Assembly: GCA_951406725.2 (NCBI GenBank)
Contig: OX597819.1
Span: forward strand, 26,288,001-26,352,000
Origin: Octopus vulgaris
Taxonomy: Eukaryota
Direction: 5' to 3'
Length of the DNA: 64,000 nt
The notes below the pieces were generated by a model. The model made no database searches, was not told the DNA's origin, and worked only from the letters and a program-made list of their open reading frames with translations. Positions within the stretch are counted from its first letter, which is position 1, and every line of letters starts with the position of its first letter. A program made the translations under genes and the position numbers. Below, one piece after another: positions 56,100-64,000 of this stretch.

Positions 56100-56900
56100 T
56101 TTTAAGGTCATCCATTCCAAAAATTGGATTTATTCCCTGCAATAACAGTTGTAAGTTCAAACTAGTGCTGTGCGTTGTTTAAAGTTGTTATCAGCATGCA
56201 GAAACGGAGCCTATAGAAGTAGTCACTAAACTTTCCTACCACTTTTTCTGTACCTGTTGAATACAATCAGAATGTTTTTTTGTTTTTTTTTTATTATTTC
56301 CTGGGGCTTTCCATTTTATATACTTTTTAGTGTCTGCGCAGCTTCTGTGTATTTTTGCCCTAGGTTTTTCATTTGCTGCATATTTTGAACATTTTAAATG
56401 CCTTTGACAATCATTTTGTTGTCCATATTTCTTCCCCACCTACTCCAAATTCTAGTTTTCTTGCTTTTAGCACAATATTACATTCTATTTAGTTCTTAGT
56501 AAAATTGTTTCGTAGGAGTGGAACGAAACGATTCACTATTTTCATGCCGATCATTTGTTTTTCCATTTTGCGAAAAACTCTGCTTTCAGGCGTTATATTA
56601 TTTCCTGTATTTCTGTTTTTGTTATGTAATCTTGCAGTATTTTTTATACTTTCTAATTTGTTTTCATTTTTTGTTATTGATTTCATTTAGATTCCAGATG
56701 CCTACCATTGTGTTTGTTTTCTTGGTTGCTTTCGTGTATAAATGTTCCTACATGGGTAGTTCAACGAAATACACTCTTATGTTTGTAACTTACTGAATCT
56801 ACTGCATATTTTATTTGGTTGATTTTCGTATCTGTTCACATTCGCTGACCATATATTTTATCATTGAGTTTGTCATATCTTCAACAGTAAATTTAAATAT
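56100..56900 (-). mobile_element. Decayed non-LTR retrotransposon fragment (R4/Dong-like, region before the RT)
   Basis: KKYIKWKAPGNNK resembles the NWKAPGPD motif; A-rich coding-strand bias. Otherwise heavily degraded. Confidence 0.35.
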
Positions 56901-57593
56901 ATCTAAATTTTAATTCTGTAACTATTTCTATATTTATATTATCTTATTTATTATATCCAACACTAAAATTTACTATTCATATTCACTTATTCCTCATATT
57001 AAATTAATTTTATTTTACTATGTTGAAATAAGTTTGTTTTTGTTGGTCATAATTTCAGTAAGTATACTCAACTTGATTTTGATAGAATCTTCTATTAGCT
57101 TCGTATCATCTGTATCAATAATTAGAGCTGTACTTTAGCAGAGCAGTTAATGACGTAAAAAATACCTTGCGGTATTTCACTACTATTTGATTTTTAGTCT
57201 CGAATCCTTTCGACGTTTTGTCTTTCATCTTTTCGGTGCCGATAGAATAAGGTATCAGTCAAGGGATGAGGCCGATGGTATCGACTGACATTTCCCTAAA
57301 AACTACTAGCCTTGTGTTTCCTTTAGAAATACTATATTTCCTAGTGTGTAAGAGAAGTTTGTTTTTATTTGTAAATATACCGAAACTTGCTATTATAAAT
57401 AGGTGACCGGGTGTCTTAAGCGAGATAGTTGGAAGACTATAAATCCGCTTTACTAAATAATTCTTACTAATACTAGCACTGAGAAAAATATTGCTTGTTG
57501 TGTAGAGTTTACATATTCTTATTATACATCCTTCCCCATTATACACAACATACACCTTATATACGCCTTACATTTATCAATGATCGTGTTGCA

Positions 57594-58261
57594 TTTACTC
57601 TTTTATTTTTTTACTTGTTACAGTCATTTGACTGCAGCCATGCTGGAGCACCGCCTATAGTTGAGCAAACCGACCCCAGGATTTATTCTTTGTAAGCCTA
57701 GTACTTTTTCTATCGGTCTCTTTTGCCGAACCACTAAGTTACGGGGACGTAAACACACCACCATCGTTTGTCAACGATGTTGGGGGGAAAACACAGAAAC
57801 ACACAAACATATACACACATACATACATATACACAGATACACACACACACACATATATATATATATGTATATATATGTATATATATATGTGTATATATAT
57901 GTATATATATATGTATATATATATATATATATGTATGTATATATATGTATATATATATGTATATATATGTATATGTATATATATATGTATATATATATAT
58001 ATATGTATATATATATGTATATATATATATATGTGTATGTATATATATATATATGTGTATGTATATATATATATATGTATATGTATATACATATATACGA
58101 CAGGCTTCTTTCAGTTTCTGTCTACCAAATTCACTCACTAGGTTTTGGGCGGTCCGAGAATATAGTAGAAGATACTTGCCCAGGGTGCCAAGCAGTGGGG
58201 CTGAACCCGGAACCATGTGGTTGGTAAGCAAGCTACTTACTACACAACCACTATTGCGCCT
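57594..58261 (-). mobile_element. Full-length SINE family B with a ~290 bp internal TA/TG microsatellite
   Basis: Head and CORE-like cctgggcaagtatcttctactat at 58097-58261, tail at 57594-57800, microsatellite in between. Confidence 0.9.
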
Positions 58262-58689
58262 ATACCTAAATGAAAAATTCCTCAAGAAAGATGAAAATGG
58301 ATTGTTTCAGTTTTCAGCATCCCTACATTCTGGTCATGTCTATTTCTATTTCTCTAAATTTGGAAAATCTCTTTTTCTCTTAATTGATACCAACTCTGAT
58401 TACAATGATATTTCGATTAGGAGGAGCCTGTTTATTGGTGTTCGTTGAAAAAGTATTCATGATCCCTCTATCTGCGTGGACTTGTATATTCCAGAGTACG
58501 GACTTTCCCTGAGACCGTTTCTAGAGCGTCCAGTTCAATACTTAAAATTTATTAACGCCAAGCCGAAAATGGATGAAGCAATGAATTTACTTAAAATTAA
58601 TTTCTTAAAGCAGAGAAAATTAGTTTTTAAATTCATCTCTTTCTTCTTCATCAACAAAATTGCTGCCTGTTATTAAAAAAAAGTTTTCA

Positions 58690-58890
58690 GGGTGGTGAAC
58701 TGACAGAGACCTTAGCACAGTGGACAAAATACCGAGCAGATTTACGTTCGATGATCAAATTCCGCCGAGTTCGATTTTGCCTTTCATCATTTAGTGGTCA
58801 GTAAAATATGTAATAGTTTGGCACTAGTGTCAATCTAATTGACTAAACTCACCACAAAAATTTTAGGCTTTGGACCTATAGTAGAAAGTA
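58690..58890 (+). mobile_element. Degenerate SINE family A
   Basis: caaattccgccgagttcgattttgcctttcatcat. Confidence 0.65.
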
Positions 58891-60974
58891 TTGACGATAC
58901 TATGTTTTCTGACTCCGGCGTGATAAAAGGTAAATTTGATCTCGGGTATGTTTAAAATCAGAACGAAAGTAACCGAAAATATTTATACACTTCCCTAAAC
59001 TGCAAGTCAAAAATAAAGGAATATTTACAATTCGACTGCACAATAATCCTACAAGGTTTTATGGAGTCAGACTGATTTTTGAAAAAAAGAGCATCGTGTA
59101 TTTTTAATGCTTTTATCCACTGAGGGTATTTCTAGAGTATTTATAACGTGTCATTATGGTTCATTAAAAATGAGAACTAATCTATATGTGGGTGGATTGG
59201 CAGAAAGAACTGCATGAAATGATTTGCGGTATTTAATAACGCCAATTTACTTGCTAATTTAAAATCCCGTTGAGTTCCATTTTGTTTTGACCTTTTAGCT
59301 TTATTAGAATAGAGAACCAAACAAGCGTAGGAGTCAATGCAATCGACTACGCGTCTTAACTTTTAAAAGCTGATAATTTTGTGCTTAAATTAGACACAAT
59401 TATAATCATGGGTTCTTTTCGCACAAATTGTATGCTCAAACATTCGGTTAAGGGGGATAACACTAGACACAATAAACCACTTGGTTGGTGATCGAAAAAG
59501 AGATAAGAACTTGATTAAATTTTGAAATAGTGCTTATATGTTGAAAATGTAGTATATCTGAAAACTGTAGTAAACAAATGTAGCATGTAATATTAAGAAG
59601 AGTTTGTTGCTCTGAGCCTATGTATTGGAAAATGTATCGGTTGCATTGCATTTATTAACTGATTCGTACCTTCCTGGTAAACGAAATATAAAATGCAAAT
59701 GAACAGCGTCGTATACATCTAAATATGTTTATAAAAAATGAAACGTGTCAAAACAGGAAATAAATAATTTGTATTTTGCTTAGCAATGATTTGAAGATAT
59801 TTTGGTTGGCGTGAGTAGTTTCTGAAATATCAAAGCATACGTTCATTCTACCAAGTAAATATACGTAACAAAATTAGTGACATCTGAATTTTGATGGAAT
59901 AATGTGTAATGAAAATACCATGGTGTAGTTTAACATTTTATTATAGAATACTTTTTTCTATCTTCTTTAAAATATCATTTATCTGAAGCCAATATTTTTC
60001 GGAAGAAAGCGATACTTGTTACATAATGAGTCGAATAAATTAGATTTTTCACACGAATTCTGAATTGCTTGTCCTTTAAAAGATTATCAAGACGAGTTTT
60101 ACAAAGTTTACTTAATATTAACTTCTGCGCCATAATTTGATTCATAACGAAACGTAACTTGTAAATTATGTACTGGACCAGATTCTAATGTTCTTAATAT
60201 ATTAATTTTGGAAATAAAAAAAAATGTTCAGTATTTCTACTTTCATCGTATATCAAATGAAACAAAATCTTTAATAAAAGAAAAACTCATTAACAAAACG
60301 GTAATTAAACGATCTTTATTTTGGCTGTGTACATAATACTTTTTTATCAGTAATCGCCTAAAAAAATATAATTATCTTTCTATATTTATTTACCAATTTA
60401 CCTATATATATTTTTTCTTTCTCTCTCTCAAATTTTTTCTCGGTAATAGTAACTTAGCACTACTCCTTCAATACGTATTCCAAATTCGTAAATACTGCGT
60501 AGATTTGACAGATTGTTTTTCTTATATACCTCTAATAAGACTAAATATTAGATAATTCATGACCATATATTCTGGCTTTTCTATTTTTTACACTCGTTCA
60601 TATTTTATAATTTTCATGCCTTATTTCTATCTGTAGCTCTGTATAAGATACACAATACATAGATAATTTATTAACTTCCTATTTATTAACTTGATTGTTA
60701 CAGAATAGTAAATATGCTCTTAGGGTTCGATATATACAACAATCATAGGCTAAATGTTGGTACTATTTCATTCCTCTTATAGACAAATTCTTGTTTGATA
60801 ATAGGAGACTAAATCATATACAAGAAAAATATCTATAATACACACACATACGCACGAACTCACATGTACACACACATATACATACATTGATTGATTGTGT
60901 TATGTGTGCGAGTTTCTATTAATATATGTGCAGGCATGTGTGCGTGTGTGCGTGCGAGGATATAGTGAGTAGTT

Positions 60975-61172
60975 ACAGGCTTTATGGTTGTTGTAAAAGG
61001 CTTGGTTGGCATCCCAACATTCCAAATCTTTTTACAGGGCTTAGAAAAAAATTGAAGGACTGCTGCAATAAGGGTGTAAAACTCCCAGCGAAATATGTTG
61101 CATAACATCTTAATTAACTGATCCTCCTGTATTTTTTTCGCAAAACCAGGAACTTTTTAACACCCCCCCCCA
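60975..61172 (+). mobile_element. Mariner 3' end remnant
   Basis: gcgaaatatgttgcataa resembles the mariner C-terminus GEYVE*, followed by TIR-like aaaaccaggaactttttaacacccc. Confidence 0.45.
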
Positions 61173-61204
61173 CATAATATGCATACACACACACTAATAT
61201 ATAT

Positions 61205-61367
61205 AGATCGCTAGCCACTATACATTCTTTATTTTCTTTCCCTGTTCCCTTCTGTGGAAGAGTGTAGGTTTGAAAAGTTAAAGACCTTTTCATTTCTCGA
61301 GCGTTAAACTAATAGTCTAGTTTTTGTCTATACCACCTGTCATCGTCTTTTGTTTTTTGTGAATTCT

Positions 61368-61370
<3 letters not shown>
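61205..61370 (+). mobile_element. Short repeat family P1, second copy
   Basis: Reverse-complement homolog of 2668-2812; ends gaattctccc|(TA)n. Confidence 0.6.
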
Positions 61371-61406
<36 letters not shown>

Positions 61407-61414
61407 CATACATA

Positions 61415-61635
61415 TGTGTGTCTGTGTTTGTCCCCCTAGCATCGCTTGACAACCGATGGTGGTGTGTTTACGTCCCCGTCACTTAGCGGTTCGGCAAAAA
61501 AGAGACCGATTGAATAAGTCCTGGGCTTACAAAGAATAAGTCCCGGGGTCGAGTTGCTTGATTAAAGGCGGTGCTCCAGCATGGCCGCAGTCAAATGACT
61601 GAAACAAGTAAAAGAGAAAAGAGAAAGAGAAAGAG
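61415..61635 (+). mobile_element. SINE family B, 3' half
   Basis: cgcttgacaaccgatg..ggcggtgctccagcatggccgcagtcaaatgactgaaacaag followed by an (AAAGAG)n tail. Confidence 0.88.
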
Positions 61636-61885
61636 ATATAATATTAACAAGATTCACTTGGATAAGGTGCTTAAAGTTGAGGTATCTAGTTAGGTTGGAA
61701 TATAATGCACGCACAACAATTTGTGGCACAATGTATGCAGTTGATTTAACACAACTGAGTATATACTTCGCTCTTGAGTTATTCAGACGTGTACATTTTA
61801 TGAAATAAATAGTATATAATATACTTTAAATTAGGCGAGGGGCATGTTCTGAAACAGGGGAAGTAAAAATAAGTAGCACTTGTTA

Positions 61886-61930
<45 letters not shown>

Positions 61931-61932
<2 letters not shown>

Positions 61933-63513
61933 GAAATCAAACAAGGAATATACATACACTTTAGCTAGTTTTAATATAATTTTTAGTATATCGACCGGTT
62001 TCGCTTTCGCTATTCATGATATTATGGTTTGCTTATTTGAAAATGTATTTTCTTAAGAAGAAGTTTTGTCCATGTTGTGTGTGATGATATTTACGAGTGA
62101 ATGACTTCACAAGTAGAAAAATAAGGGGAGGTAATTGGTTAGCGTTATTATTGTTATTATTGTTGTGGGCAAGGAAGATAACTGTTCAGCTATCGGTAAT
62201 GGGAGGGGAATATATATGTACAGACAAAAAAATATTTCCAAGGACTTGTTTAGTGAGGGGATATATGTACAGTGATGTAATCGTGAATGGAAATCTGTTA
62301 AAAGATAAAAGTTGGTTATTCGTGCATATTAAGACGTGATCCATATTTTTTCAATGAAAAAGGTTTCTTTATTTAAACATTCTTTTGGAGAGATTGTGTC
62401 CTTGCACTGATAGAAGGGGAAGAATGTGAAATTTGGTTTGATGCTATCTGCACATTTTTCTATGTGTCGACTAAGAGGCATTTCCCTGTTTTGCGGGAAA
62501 CGGATTCGCTCTTTATGGAGAGTGGTTCTCTTTCTCAAGACCATACTCTTCTCTCCTATATAGTTGCGTCCGCAACCCGAGTAGGTTATTACATAAATTA
62601 GTGAAGCTAGTTTTAATTGTGAATCTCTGTCCTTGTTTGAAAAGGAAATCCGAGCCTTCAAATAGGTTGGGGCAGGTTCCACAGTTTGGGCGTCTACATT
62701 TTTTAACCGTTGGCTTCTTGGCTGTTTTGTAAAGCTGCGCATTTATTAGTAGTCTCTTCAGGTATTTGTGTTGCTTTTTGTTTTTAATGAGTTTGTGTGT
62801 TTTAGGATTATGTTCATTTTTGGGTCTCTAGTTAGTAAATGAAAATTTTGCACAATAGTGTTGAATGCTTCCCTTTTTCTTGAGGTGCGTGTTGATATAC
62901 GTAGTAATGTTTTGAGATGAGGTGTGATGTTATACTGTGTTGTTCTTAGTGTTTTTATGTCTAATTCTTTAGCACGCTTAATTCACTCGTCTATAAGTGA
63001 GGGTGAATATTGTCTTTCAGTAAGCGTTGTTTTGAGGTCTTGAAGACGAAGGTCCCGAGTTGTACTATCAGACACAATTGTGCAAATCCTTTTTGCCAAA
63101 TTGAAAGGGATATTTATTTTGATGTGTTTCGGGTGGCATGAGTTAAAGGGGAGATACTGTTTTGAATCAGTTAGTTTATAATAGATGTCAGTTATGATTT
63201 GATTGTTGACTTTTTTATCATAATATCTAAAAATGGGAGTTGTTCTCTATTATATTCCATTGTGAATTGAATGTTGCTATTTATATAATTTAGTGTTGAT
63301 TTGAAATCCAAAAGTTTGTCGATGTTCTCCTTCCAAATGATAAAACAGTCTTCCACGTATATTTTCCAATTTTATCTTATGTAGAGGTAAAATGGGTAAA
63401 ATATTTCTGAAGTGATACGTCATATGAGGTGAATTCAAAATATCCCATTATTAGGTTCGCAAGAACAGGGGCTGCGTTCGTTCCCATCGCAATTCCGTAA
63501 TACTGCCGATAGT
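61931..63513 (-). mobile_element. Penelope-like element, 5'-truncated and decayed (RT C-half + GIY-YIG endonuclease + 3' pseudo-LTR)
   Basis: RT remnants YRQYYGIAMGTNAAPVLANLIMG, YVEDCFIIW, IQFTME..LPFLDI and QYLPFNSCHPKHIK.NIPFNLAKRICTIVSD. GIY-YIG remnant LIYVITYSGCGRNYIGE..LRKRTTLHK..LSRHIEKC..KETFFIEK. Frameshifts and stops present; the 3' end abuts (TA)n. Confidence 0.93.
61988..62022 (-). ncRNA. Minimal type I hammerhead ribozyme fold (A3-U8 core variant)
   Basis: AUAUC-AUGAAUA-GC(GAAA)GC-GAAA-CCGG-UC-GAUAU: 5-bp stem I, 2-bp stem II with a GNRA loop, palindromic stem III ACCGGU and a GUC cleavage triplet. Same strand as the Penelope ORF and downstream of it. Confidence 0.72.
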
Positions 63514-63663
63514 ACCTCATTTGCACCTCACGGCAAGAGATGCAAATGAGGGTAGCTACATCAAACTCCATTTTTCACCAAGTTCCACATAGTGGAGGAG
63601 GCGCTTAGTGTGCCAAATTGGCGGTGCATCAGTGGGGCTACAGCTCTGAGCTGAAGCGACAAA

Positions 63664-63665
<2 letters not shown>
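63514..63665 (+). mobile_element. Retroelement 3'-tail fragment with a stem-loop; terminus resembles the SINE B tail
   Basis: Hairpin cctcatttgca..tgcaaatgagg (63515-63551). End ggcggtgcatcagtggggctacagctctgagctgaa resembles SINE B ggcggtgctccagcatggccgcagtcaaatgactgaa. Confidence 0.5.
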
Positions 63666-63699
<34 letters not shown>

Positions 63700-63701
<2 letters not shown>

Positions 63702-63900
63702 TAAATATGATATGTTACAATTATTTGGTAATGATAAAACTCCGAGTTTCGGATGTTGGGGTGGAAACCCACATCGGAATCTCTTTAGTTATAGGTTCTT
63801 GATAAAAATGCTATGAAAATGACCTTTAAATAAAGGGAAATTACAGTGTGATTGACCGTTATTGAGACAAAAGAGCTATTTGAATGACCGCTAGGTAAGG
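63700..63900 (-). mobile_element. Short repeat family P2, longer copy
   Basis: Shares gttaca..gataaaactc(c/t)gagtttc(g/a)gatg..gtggaaa.ccaca..atctctt with 15476-15558; abuts (TA)n. Confidence 0.55.
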
Positions 63901-64000
63901 GAAGGAAGTAAATGTAAGGGAAAAAAACCTTCATATCAATCGCGTAAGCGCGCATGTCCATACATACATATGCACGCCCGCACACCCACGTACATGTGCC

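Noticed and set aside
57661-58448. ORFs of 183-226 aa
   Set aside because: Read-through of SINE B and its internal microsatellite.

Overview
This is AT-rich eukaryotic non-genic or intronic DNA. The repeat content (tRNA-derived SINEs with CORE-like and Meta-like domains, very long (TA)n/(TATG)n microsatellites, CR1, RTE and R4/Dong LINEs, Penelope-like elements, Helitrons, Tc1/mariner) suggests an octopus-type cephalopod genome; that assignment is an inference. No host protein-coding gene can be supported, and most of the supplied ORFs are microsatellite or antisense artefacts. Real coding signal comes only from mobile elements: an uninterrupted CR1-like ORF2 running off the left edge, a Helitron Pif1 helicase remnant, R4/Dong remnants, a 5'-inverted RTE copy, a decayed Tc1 transposase and a Penelope RT/GIY-YIG remnant. 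The most notable items are (i) a minimal hammerhead-ribozyme fold at the Penelope 3' end with a compensatory A3-U8 core pair, plus two other families of small hammerhead-like elements inserted in (TA)n tracts; (ii) a ~1 kb CpG-rich island with a perfect 28-bp palindrome and a Pol I initiator-like motif, possibly an rDNA spacer orphon; and (iii) several clear retrotransposition footprints (twin priming, a possible 3' transduction, a multimeric SINE within one TSD). All alignments and folds were done by eye.
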